Assembly: GCA_016782405.1 (NCBI GenBank)
Contig: JADHYO010000002.1
Location: forward strand, 1-41,093
Reading direction: 5' to 3'
DNA: 41,093 nucleotides
Source of the DNA: Candidatus Aenigmatarchaeota archaeon
GTDB taxonomy: Archaea > Aenigmatarchaeota > Aenigmatarchaeia > QMZP01
The notes under the pieces are model-generated. The model was not told the origin of the DNA, did not search any database, and worked only from the letters and a program-made list of their open reading frames with translations. Shown one piece after another: positions 1 to 8,439 of this stretch (positions within the stretch are counted from its first letter, which is position 1; each line of letters opens with the position of its first letter). A program made the position numbers and the translations under genes.

Positions 1-1
1 A

Positions 2-346
2 GACTCACAACCAACTGACAACCTAAAAGAGCGGCAGGGAATGGTCCAGCGCTTTGCTAAAAAACTTGGCTGTACATTCCTGCTGAAAGGCAATGTTGAC
101 ATTATATCAGACGGAAAAACTACAGCAGTGAACAAGACCGGCAACCCTCAAATGACTGCAGGCGGAACCGGTGATGTTCTAGCAGGTATTGCAGGAGCCC
201 TCCTCGCCCGCGGCACCACCCCATTCGAGGCAGCGTGCGCAGCCGCCTGGATTAACGGGTCAGCCGGAGACTTGGCAGCCAAAGAATACGGGGAAAGTTT
301 AATGGCAGAAAACGTGTTAGAAAAAATACATCAGGTGTTGAAATGA
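2..346 (+). CDS. nnrD: NAD(P)H-hydrate dehydratase (YjeF C-terminal / carbohydrate kinase domain), 5'-truncated by window edge
   Basis: Frame is open from base 2; motifs LLKGNVDII, GNPQMTAGGTGDVLAG, AAWINGSAGD. Confidence 0.9.
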   Translation, partial: DSQPTDNLKERQGMVQRFAKKLGCTFLLKGNVDIISDGKTTAVNKTGNPQMTAGGTGDVLAGIAGALLARGTTPFEAACAAAWINGSAGDLAAKEYGESLMAENVLEKIHQVLK

Positions 347-1662
347 AAACAAACATTATTATAATGGGAGCAGCTGGTAGAGATTTCCACAACCACAACG
401 TCTTCTTCAGAAGAAACCATTATTACAACGTGGTCTGCTTCACTGCAACCCAAATACCGAATATTTCTGGCAGAACATACCCAAAAGAGCTAGCAGGCAC
501 CCACTACCCAAAAGGCATCCCAATATACCCAGAGGAGCAGCTCTCAAAGCTAATAAAAAAATTCAAAGTAGACCAAGTAATCCTTGCCTACTCAGACCTT
601 CCTTTTTCAGAGGTTATGCACAAAGCCTCCTTAGTAAATGCGGCTGGTGCAGACTTCCGCCTAATGGGACCAGAACATACAATGATCAAATCCAGAAAGC
701 CAGTAATTGCCGTGAATGCTGTAAGAACAGGCTGCGGAAAATCCCAAACTACCCGCTATATAGCAGACATCCTCCGTTCTCGAGGGAAAAGAGTGGTTGT
801 GGTTCGGCATGCCATGCCTTATGGTTCCCTTCTGAAACAAGTCTGCCAGCGCTTTGAAACTTACGAAGACCTAAACAAACACAACGTCACCAGAGAGGAG
901 GCAGAGGAATACGAACCTTTAATTGAAATGGGGCTTGTTGTTTATGCCGGGGTGGATTATGAAAAAATCCTGAGGGCAGCTGAGAAAGAAGCGGATTACA
1001 TAATTTTTGACGGGGGCAATAATGACACAAGCTTCTTCAAACCAGACATCCAGATCACCCTAACAGATCCTCACCGCCCAGGTCATGAAATATCATACTA
1101 TCCAGGCGAGACAAACCTCCGCATGGCCGATGTTATAATAATAAACAAAATAAAAACCGCAAGGAAAAAAGGAATCAAAACAGTCCGAGACAACATAAAA
1201 AAATACAACCCAACCGCAGTCGTCATAGAAGCCCAGTCAGAAATAACAGTGAACAACCCTTCCCTCCTTCGCAATCGCCGCGTCCTAGTAGTTGAAGATG
1301 GTCCCACCCTAACCCATGGGGGAATGCCATATGGCGCAGGTACAATAGCAGCGAAGCGATACAACGCAAAAATAATGAACCCAAGACCCCATCTCTCAGG
1401 TTCCCTAAAAGATGTATTCAAAAAATACCCACACCTCGGCAACGTTCTCCCTGCAATGGGCTACAGTCCTCAGCAGGTGTGGGAGCTGGAATCGACAATA
1501 AACAAAACCCCGTGCGATGCTGTTGTCTCAGGCACCCCAATAGACCTCAGGCGAATAATCAGAGCAAAGAAACCAATCGCCCGCATTCGTTACGAACTCA
1601 AAGAGTTGGGAAAGCCCCGCCTGGAAACCATCCTGAAAAAATTCACCAAACCCAAACACTGA
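343..1662 (+). CDS. COG2403 P-loop protein (cyclic 2,3-diphosphoglycerate synthetase-like; probable arginine synthetase ArcE-type)
   Basis: N-terminal GAAGRDFHN...FTATQIP, Walker A AVRTGCGKSQT, DGGNND, EDGPTLTHGGM; ATGA overlap with upstream gene. Confidence 0.8.
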   Translation: MKTNIIIMGAAGRDFHNHNVFFRRNHYYNVVCFTATQIPNISGRTYPKELAGTHYPKGIPIYPEEQLSKLIKKFKVDQVILAYSDLPFSEVMHKASLVNAAGADFRLMGPEHTMIKSRKPVIAVNAVRTGCGKSQTTRYIADILRSRGKRVVVVRHAMPYGSLLKQVCQRFETYEDLNKHNVTREEAEEYEPLIEMGLVVYAGVDYEKILRAAEKEADYIIFDGGNNDTSFFKPDIQITLTDPHRPGHEISYYPGETNLRMADVIIINKIKTARKKGIKTVRDNIKKYNPTAVVIEAQSEITVNNPSLLRNRRVLVVEDGPTLTHGGMPYGAGTIAAKRYNAKIMNPRPHLSGSLKDVFKKYPHLGNVLPAMGYSPQQVWELESTINKTPCDAVVSGTPIDLRRIIRAKKPIARIRYELKELGKPRLETILKKFTKPKH

Positions 1663-2125
1663 TGTTAAGCAGTCCCCCAGTCTCATTAACTGCAATCCTT
1701 TTGATGTGGCTAGCACTCACGTTCCCTGGTAATGAAGGTCCTGTTGGCGGCTTACAATCCAGTCTTGTCTCAGGGGGATCCAACCAGTCAATCTTTAACC
1801 TCACATTATACATACCAAAAGGTTTGTCATCAAGATTAAGCGAGCTGAGTAATTTAGGGTAATTTTCATCAACCAAACAAAAATCTTTCAGGGCAGCAAT
1901 CCTCACTTCATCTAACACAGGCCAATCCTTTTCAACCCCAATAACCCCGCTTTTTGTTTTGAGTAATGCCTCAGAAGCAGCAACCGCCTTGTTCTCAAGG
2001 CTGTACGCAAAATAATTCCCTGTGAAAATGGATATGTTGGTATTAAGCGAGTTCAATGTGAACAACACGATGCCCATGAAAACAACCACAGCAATAACGA
2101 ATTCAAAAACCAATTGCCCTTTCAT
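1643..2125 (-). CDS. Class III signal peptide (pilin-like) protein
   Basis: MKG|QLVFE with Glu at +5 followed by a hydrophobic helix; AGGTGA SD-like motif upstream. Confidence 0.75.
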   Translation of the reverse strand: MKGQLVFEFVIAVVVFMGIVLFTLNSLNTNISIFTGNYFAYSLENKAVAASEALLKTKSGVIGVEKDWPVLDEVRIAALKDFCLVDENYPKLLSSLNLDDKPFGMYNVRLKIDWLDPPETRLDCKPPTGPSLPGNVSASHIKRIAVNETGGLLNISVWVW

Positions 2126-2170
2126 CTATATTCACCTACTTATTTATTCTTCAGAATTTAATAATAATGA

Positions 2171-3136
2171 ATGAACAAGCTTCTCCCCCTCTTAGCGCTG
2201 GCACTCCCTCTAATTGTCTCTGGTTGTACTTTACCAGGGGGCATTGACATTCCCTGGCTCTGGGGCGGAACAATATCAATGGAAAACGACATTGTTGTCA
2301 TAAAATCCATCCAGGCGATACCATCAACAGTCACAGCCCCCCAACAAGTTAGGTTAATAGTTGACATCCAAAATCAGGGCTCCCATGATTTCTCTGGAAA
2401 TGCTGGAGAAGGCACGAGCGAAAAAATAAAAGTGGACCTCTACGATCACTGCGAAGGCTTGTTCAAAAAGAGTGATATCACTAGAACATGTGAGGGCAGC
2501 AGTGTTAGTGGAGAAACCGAATGTGAGATTGACAAAATACTCCCAAAGGAAATCAAGCAAATAGTTTGGACACTCAAACCAGATGAAAACACAAAACTAA
2601 TCACACCATGCACACTAAAGGTCTCAGTCACATACCCATACAAGACCACAGGCCTCACATCAGTTAATTACATCGGTTCCCAGGAATACGCAAACCAGCT
2701 TGCCCGAGGCACATTCCGCGCAGTCTCATCAACCAATTCCCTAGGAGAGGGTCCTGTCAAGGCATGGTTTGAAATTAAGGACCAGCAGCCAATTGTCTGC
2801 ACCACAGGAACCCCTTCACCCATTCCGGTAACCCTAAACATCCAAAACAAGGGAGCAGGCTTTGTGGATAAGGATGATGTGAAAATAACAGATACAAACA
2901 TATTTGTCGAGCCATTCAATGCCAAGACAGATGGATGTTCATTCAAAAAAAATTATGACGAAAAAAAACCAGAAAAACTTATCCAAAAAAGCAGAACACT
3001 CCCCTGCAATATCATGCAGCTCACAGATACAGATGTCCCAAAAGAAACCACCCGTCACATCAAAGTGGAAACTGAGTATAAGTACGAATTCAGGGATGAC
3101 GTCAAGGTTACAGTCAATCCCCAACCAAAAACCTAA
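2171..3136 (+). CDS. Putative surface lipoprotein, paralog 1
   Basis: Hydrophobic signal ending VSGC; beta-rich; motifs IQNQG, YPY, GPV, NKGAG, YKY shared with the two downstream genes. Confidence 0.75.
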   Translation: MNKLLPLLALALPLIVSGCTLPGGIDIPWLWGGTISMENDIVVIKSIQAIPSTVTAPQQVRLIVDIQNQGSHDFSGNAGEGTSEKIKVDLYDHCEGLFKKSDITRTCEGSSVSGETECEIDKILPKEIKQIVWTLKPDENTKLITPCTLKVSVTYPYKTTGLTSVNYIGSQEYANQLARGTFRAVSSTNSLGEGPVKAWFEIKDQQPIVCTTGTPSPIPVTLNIQNKGAGFVDKDDVKITDTNIFVEPFNAKTDGCSFKKNYDEKKPEKLIQKSRTLPCNIMQLTDTDVPKETTRHIKVETEYKYEFRDDVKVTVNPQPKT

Positions 3137-3140
3137 AAGC

Positions 3141-3152
3141 AAACATATAAAT
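3141..3152 (+). promoter_or_regulatory. TATA-box promoter of lipoprotein paralog 2
   Basis: AAACATATAAAT beginning 35 nt before the ATG; identical motif and spacing at 4155. Confidence 0.6.
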
Positions 3153-3175
3153 GTGGTAATACAAATATAATGTAG

Positions 3176-4156
3176 ATGCGCATGCTGTCTTCCAAAATCT
3201 GCCTGCTTGTATTATCCTTACTACCTCTAATCGCAATCTCTGGTTGCACTAGCAGCGGGGGTGGAATAGGCCCGGGCGTTGTGATTCTTTCATGGGAACC
3301 AGAGCTCTCCCAAGTTTATTCCAACGAGAATGTTGACCTCTTGGTAAAGGTCCAAAACCAGGGAGAATCCAGAGCAAAAAATGTAATAGCAGAAATCACA
3401 AATATTGATCTTGTTGAATGGGGTGGTCTATTCCAGGAACAAGTTCAGTTAGGTCAGCTAATCCCAGCTGACGAAGTCTCAAGTACCCCAGGAGAAACCA
3501 AAACATCCCAATTCCAAAACCTAAGGGCGCCAATACTTTCAAAGGGTCAGTCATTTGACTACCAACCTACTGTAAGGGTTTCCTACGACTACAGAACAGT
3601 TGCCCAGAAGCCAATCACAATTGTTGACCAGATCGAGCTGGTAAGAATCCAACAACAAGGTAATACCTTGCCGAGCAAGGTTACAACATATTCCTCAGGC
3701 CCATTAACTGTCGAAATAGTGATGGGCAATTACGTCAAGACGTCAAGCAGATTTGGGATGGGTGGAGAAACGTATGACATCTTCCCTGTCCAGATAAAAA
3801 TAACAAACAATCTCTGGGGCTCTGGTGGTTCTGTAATACCAATGGGCATTGGTGGAATGGGAGGCGGATTCGGCACCGGACAGTATGATTACCCTGTCCT
3901 TGTTAAAGTAACCCCACCAACAGGCACAAACTTCATCTTCTCTGGCTACGGGGACGATTGCTCTTCCTTCCAGTTCACCACAGAGCTCTTCAAAGGAAAG
4001 GAAGCAGAAGTAACCTGCGAGCTTGAGGTCACATCACCGCCAACAGCAAGATCAGAATCCCTCCTCCAGGTGGAGCTTGACTACCGCTACTTTGTCGACA
4101 GTGTAACAAACCTCAGGGTGCTTGGAACCAAAGAAGCAGGCACTTTCGGATTCTAA
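3176..4156 (+). CDS. Putative surface lipoprotein, paralog 2
   Basis: ISGC lipobox-like motif; VQNQG, YDY, SGPL, FPVQIKITN, YRY. Confidence 0.75.
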   Translation: MRMLSSKICLLVLSLLPLIAISGCTSSGGGIGPGVVILSWEPELSQVYSNENVDLLVKVQNQGESRAKNVIAEITNIDLVEWGGLFQEQVQLGQLIPADEVSSTPGETKTSQFQNLRAPILSKGQSFDYQPTVRVSYDYRTVAQKPITIVDQIELVRIQQQGNTLPSKVTTYSSGPLTVEIVMGNYVKTSSRFGMGGETYDIFPVQIKITNNLWGSGGSVIPMGIGGMGGGFGTGQYDYPVLVKVTPPTGTNFIFSGYGDDCSSFQFTTELFKGKEAEVTCELEVTSPPTARSESLLQVELDYRYFVDSVTNLRVLGTKEAGTFGF

Positions 4157-4166
4157 ACATATAAAT
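4155..4166 (+). promoter_or_regulatory. TATA-box promoter of lipoprotein paralog 3
   Basis: AAACATATAAAT beginning 35 nt before the ATG at 4190. Confidence 0.6.
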
Positions 4167-4189
4167 TCTGCGGGTAACATATATTTTAT

Positions 4190-5107
4190 ATGCAGAAGAT
4201 TGCAGTCCTGCCCATACTGGCAGTTTTAATTGTCTCTGGATGTGTTTCAACCGTTGGGGGCAATGGTGTTATAATTGAAAACTTTGAACCTGACTTTGCT
4301 GACGCCTTCGGCGGCGAAAAAATAACATTCCAGGCAAAAATCCGCAACACAGGCTCTGTTGGTGCCAAGGATGTCCATGCCCACGTAATAGGCCTTGGTG
4401 AGTGGGGCGCCGGTACCACGGGCGGAGCAAAAAGCGATAAAATCGAAATGGACTGTAATGGTAAAAAAGGTGTAACACTATTACCACCCCAGCCTGATTT
4501 TGGCACAACCGGTGAGGTTGCGGTCTGCTCCCTCCTCATACAAGCACCAACCCCCCCTAAAGGCCTCCCAGTAACATACCAACCAGGCCTGCGTGTTTAT
4601 TACAAATACAGCAGCAGTGTAATAAAATCAATCAATGTCGGCTCCCAACAAGAACTCAGAAGAATACAAAACACCGGCGCAGCCCTACCCACAGAAACTG
4701 TGTCCCAAACCTCAGGTCCTGTAGCAATAACAGTGGTGAGCAAAGGTCCAATCCGAATGTTTGGCAGCGAAGTGGAGTTCCCTGTTGAAATTACAGTCTC
4801 CAATGTCGGCGGCGGTGTTGTCTGCAGCTCTAATTGTGATGACAAAGGCTCAAACTGGAACAGAATAAAAATCTCAACAGAATTTAGCGGAAAGCAAATC
4901 AATGACTGCAGCAAGGAATTCACACTTTTCCGCGGCCAGTCAAACACAATCGTCTGTAAGCTGAAAATCAGCGATGCCCCAACAAGCGGAGTTATCCAAA
5001 AGTCCGTAAGTGTGGAAGCATCAAACTACGGATACTTCATTGACTCTGCCACTTCAGTCGAGGTCAACCCATCCCTGGCACCATCCAGCGGTGTAACCGA
5101 CCCCTGA
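4190..5107 (+). CDS. Putative surface lipoprotein, paralog 3
   Basis: VSGC lipobox-like motif; IRNTG, YKY, SGPV, FPVEITVSNVGGG, YGY. Confidence 0.75.
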   Translation: MQKIAVLPILAVLIVSGCVSTVGGNGVIIENFEPDFADAFGGEKITFQAKIRNTGSVGAKDVHAHVIGLGEWGAGTTGGAKSDKIEMDCNGKKGVTLLPPQPDFGTTGEVAVCSLLIQAPTPPKGLPVTYQPGLRVYYKYSSSVIKSINVGSQQELRRIQNTGAALPTETVSQTSGPVAITVVSKGPIRMFGSEVEFPVEITVSNVGGGVVCSSNCDDKGSNWNRIKISTEFSGKQINDCSKEFTLFRGQSNTIVCKLKISDAPTSGVIQKSVSVEASNYGYFIDSATSVEVNPSLAPSSGVTDP

Positions 5108-5108
5108 A

Positions 5109-6422
5109 CTAAAACTCCCCAAGCGTCTTCTGCTTCTTCCCAGCCTTCCGCTTCTTCTTGAAGTCAAGAACAGAGTGCTGCTTCTTCCCCTGTTTTTCCG
5201 GCCTTTTTTCAGGACTCTTCATTTTGGCGCCTTCGAGAACAGGCTCCCCATACACCCCGTCAAACCCCGGATTCACTTTAACCCTTCCATCCCGCACATC
5301 TAGGATAGCCTTTGCGATCTTTTTGTCTGTTGCTTTCTCCAGCTCCTTTTTGCCAGCGTCCAGCAGCACTGTAAACTCGTTCCCAAAAGCATTCGTAAGC
5401 TTGTAGTAAGTCTCCCACGTCTTTTTAGAGAATGGTTGCCCCCCCTGCACCAATGTAATTATCTCAGAAAGTGGTATCAGGCGCTTGAATGGTTTAGCCC
5501 CGTCAGGCTTGAACCCTTCAGGACGGTCAGCAAGCTCCTCAACCCTATGTTCAACCCCGATAGTCAGCTCCTTTTTACAAACAGGGCAGATACTATCAAC
5601 CTTCATCGCTTCTTTAGGACTCATAACAATATTGCAGTTTCTATGACCGTCCCAATGATACTTCCCCTCTTCAGCAAAGAATTCAAAAGTCTCTTTCAAT
5701 CCCACCCCTGTCCTTATAGCATTGATTATGTTGGCATAACTCAATTCCACATCAAAAACAGTGGCTTCCCTCCCCAAGCGGTGGGGCCAAAAACTGTGTG
5801 CATCTGAGAAGGAAACCATCTGGATTTTGTCAAGCGCGCTTAACCTCCAGTTCATGTCAGGGGTACTGCTTAAACCTGTCTCAATTGCATGAATATGTTT
5901 CGCCTGATCACCATAACACTCCTCAATGGAGTCAAAGCCAGATTTGGACCCAAAACAGCTCATCCAGCTTGTCCATACGTGCGCAGGTATAACCTCAATG
6001 TGTTTGTCAATCCCGCGCATCATCTCCACTAGCTCTATACAGGAAAACCCAAATATAGGCCGGCCGTCATAATCCAACCTCCCCCTATTTCCAAGCGCCT
6101 CTGTTATCTGGTCCACAACCTCCAAACTTGGTGCTAAAATAACATTGTGAACCCTCCTACCTTTCCCACCCTGTGTAAAAAAATTCGCAATTTCCGTGGA
6201 TGGTAAAAAATGAAACCCTGTTTTGCTTTTCAAAATCCCAGACCCATCATCAGTCAATTCAGCTTTGATTTCAGAAATCCATTTCGGGTGTGTGAAATCG
6301 GTTGTCCCCAAAAGGGAAACCCCCTTTAACCTTGCATACTTTTCCAAGTTCTCCAGTGTGATGTTTTTAGAGCACGCAGCAGAGAATCTGGAGTGCAAGT
6401 GCAAATCAGCGATAATTTTCAT
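5109..6422 (-). CDS. endoQ: Endonuclease Q family protein (PHP domain + Zn site)
   Basis: ADLHLHSRFS, GTTDFTHP, PAHVWT, ETGLSS, SDAHS, GKYHWDGHRNC...CPVC, PGFDGVYG; likely start MKIIAD. Confidence 0.88.
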   Translation of the reverse strand: MKIIADLHLHSRFSAACSKNITLENLEKYARLKGVSLLGTTDFTHPKWISEIKAELTDDGSGILKSKTGFHFLPSTEIANFFTQGGKGRRVHNVILAPSLEVVDQITEALGNRGRLDYDGRPIFGFSCIELVEMMRGIDKHIEVIPAHVWTSWMSCFGSKSGFDSIEECYGDQAKHIHAIETGLSSTPDMNWRLSALDKIQMVSFSDAHSFWPHRLGREATVFDVELSYANIINAIRTGVGLKETFEFFAEEGKYHWDGHRNCNIVMSPKEAMKVDSICPVCKKELTIGVEHRVEELADRPEGFKPDGAKPFKRLIPLSEIITLVQGGQPFSKKTWETYYKLTNAFGNEFTVLLDAGKKELEKATDKKIAKAILDVRDGRVKVNPGFDGVYGEPVLEGAKMKSPEKRPEKQGKKQHSVLDFKKKRKAGKKQKTLGEF

Positions 6423-6459
6423 GTGATTTTCTTGGATCGAAGAATTAAATCCTTGCATT

Positions 6460-7653
6460 TTAGGAGGACTTCTTTTTCATTGCTTTCAATTGACGTTCGT
6501 ACTTCTCCACCCACTTCTCTGCGTCCTCCACACCTTTCTGGGAGTTACCAACCCCGCAGGTGTTTCCAACCCCGACAATCAAAACCTTACTCCCTTTCTT
6601 CACGTTTTCCAAGCTCCTCCCAATACTCTCAATCACCTTTGGATACGCGCTTATAATCGCCCTTTTAAGTGGTTCAATAGCCTCTTCAGATGACATCTTA
6701 ACAATAATAGAATCAAGCGGAATCCCACTCTTCACTGCAGCCTCTTCAATATAATTCCTCTCAACCCCTATACCTCCCATTGCCACGCCAACACCTTCAG
6801 CCACGCTTCCTGTCTTCTCTCCCTCAAGCTTCGCAGCTGCATCAATAGAAATAATCTTTTGGATCTTGTGCTCCTTCATTAGGTTGTGGATAGCAAGCCC
6901 AGGCCTGCCCAATCTGCCTCCAGGGCCCTTCGCTTTCATAAGGAAAACATCCCTACCATCCATCTCCTTCCTTGAAAGTATAATATCCTCATCCACTTCC
7001 CTCGTCTTCCCGCTCCCAATAAGCCTAGCTACAACATATGGCCCTAAAGCGTCCCCAATAGGCATCCCCTTTGCCATTACCTTTGTGCCCTTGAAAATAG
7101 AGCGCGCCATCCGCTCCACGAGCGGAAGCTGCATCTGCAATATCATTGCAATCTGGAATGATTTAGTCTTCTTAACAATCTCCACATAATGGCGGACAAC
7201 CTTTGTTATTTCATACAAAGTAATTCCCCCAGCCAGCCCCATCTCTATATGGGTCCGCTTCTCCTCAGGCATTTTCGGGGCAACCTGCCCAACAAAATAC
7301 CGGAACCGTTCCCGCTGCCCTTTCACAAGATGTTCTATTTTCCTCACTATCCCCTGTGTGTCCAGGGAAACAGGGCTAATCATAAAGAAATCATAAAACC
7401 TTCCCACAGAATCCCTAATCCTCTTGTCTGGTTTGGGTGAAATCTCCTTCATAATTATAACCTTTGACTCATTTGACATGGTCTCCAAGTCCTTGACCGT
7501 CTTCTCAAGCTTCCACATAATCTGAATGAGCATAATCCTTGGGTAAAATAGGAAAAATACCACTAACAAGACAAACGAAAGTACAAATGATAATGGGTTC
7601 CCATCAAGACCAAGACCAAACTGGAACAGAACATTCTCTACAGGCATAAACAT
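6460..7653 (-). CDS. DUF1512 family membrane-anchored protein
   Basis: N-terminal TM; PIGDALGP, KAKGPGG, IDAAAKLEGEKTGSVAEGVGVAMGG, GVGNTCGVG. Confidence 0.8.
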   Translation of the reverse strand: MFMPVENVLFQFGLGLDGNPLSFVLSFVLLVVFFLFYPRIMLIQIMWKLEKTVKDLETMSNESKVIIMKEISPKPDKRIRDSVGRFYDFFMISPVSLDTQGIVRKIEHLVKGQRERFRYFVGQVAPKMPEEKRTHIEMGLAGGITLYEITKVVRHYVEIVKKTKSFQIAMILQMQLPLVERMARSIFKGTKVMAKGMPIGDALGPYVVARLIGSGKTREVDEDIILSRKEMDGRDVFLMKAKGPGGRLGRPGLAIHNLMKEHKIQKIISIDAAAKLEGEKTGSVAEGVGVAMGGIGVERNYIEEAAVKSGIPLDSIIVKMSSEEAIEPLKRAIISAYPKVIESIGRSLENVKKGSKVLIVGVGNTCGVGNSQKGVEDAEKWVEKYERQLKAMKKKSS

Positions 7654-7714
7654 CACTCGCAATTAACATAATATTGCACTGTTAATATAAATATACAGAT
7701 TCTAAAAAAGAAGT

Positions 7715-8281
7715 ATGCTTGACTGGAAAATCCTTGCAGCTTCCATAGCAGCACTGCTTTTCATCTCGTCCATATTTATTGGTGGTCTTGGCATCCGTGA
7801 CACGTTCTCAGGTATTATAGAAAAAATAAGTGAATACCTGGACACCTCACCATTCACTGGAATGATTCCAGCCGCTGCCCCCAGCGGTGGTAGCGGAGAG
7901 GTCACAATCCTTTTGTCCCCACCTGAACTAACACTTGTCCCAGACTCACCCACCACGCTAAAATCTGGCGAAACCGTGTTCAGTGGTTTCGAGGGCCAAA
8001 TCACCCTAAACCTCCCAGACAAAACAGTGGCTCTGTCCTCAGGTTCCCTGGAAATCACATTCCCTCTTCAATCCCTAGAGCTGGAATCCCTAGAAATCAA
8101 CTCGCTCTCCCTCGAAGGCATTCCCATGGAAATCAAGCCTGAAATCTCAACAGATTCCGGCAACCTCCAACTACAAGGCTTCACAGGCTCTGCCACCGCC
8201 ACCCCCGAGGGCCTCGAGCTCACCGGCAAGGTCTCCAGCCTCCGCGTCACTATCGGAGACCTCAACTTCGAGCTAGTCTAG
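7715..8281 (+). CDS. Hypothetical membrane-anchored protein
   Basis: 188-aa ORF with an N-terminal hydrophobic segment, a beta-rich acidic body and an upstream TATA-like sequence. Confidence 0.65.
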   Translation: MLDWKILAASIAALLFISSIFIGGLGIRDTFSGIIEKISEYLDTSPFTGMIPAAAPSGGSGEVTILLSPPELTLVPDSPTTLKSGETVFSGFEGQITLNLPDKTVALSSGSLEITFPLQSLELESLEINSLSLEGIPMEIKPEISTDSGNLQLQGFTGSATATPEGLELTGKVSSLRVTIGDLNFELV

Positions 8282-8335
8282 TTTTTAAAAACTCCCTTGT
8301 TTAATATCTATCATGCCTCGGTAGCTCAGTAGGTA

Positions 8336-8363
8336 CCTCCTGCAAAAGCAGGTGAGCTTTAAA
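8336..8363 (+). other. Non-canonical D-loop tRNA intron (28 nt; boundary +/-1-2 nt)
   Basis: Removal gives D-loop AGTAGGTA; internal hairpin CCTGC-AAAA-GCAGG; relaxed helix TAGG/TTTA. Confidence 0.7.
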
Positions 8364-8379
8364 GAGCACACGGCTGTTA

Positions 8380-8393
8380 CATTTATGGCAGAC
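8380..8393 (+). other. Canonical 37/38 tRNA intron (14 nt)
   Basis: Central helix CTGT/GCAG followed by bulge AC^A. Confidence 0.85.
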
Positions 8394-8439
8394 ACCGTGT
8401 TGTCGTAGGTTCGAGCCCTACCCGAGGCGCTTATCCAAC

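Larger units (their letters stand above)
8315..8429 (+). tRNA. tRNA-Asn(GTT) with two introns (D-loop ~21/22 at 8336-8363; 37/38 at 8380-8393)
   Basis: Acceptor GCCTCGG/CCGAGGC + G73, D stem GCTC/GAGC, anticodon stem CACGG/CCGTG with CT-GTT-A^A, T arm GTAGG-TTCGAGC-CCTAC; no encoded CCA. Confidence 0.92.
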
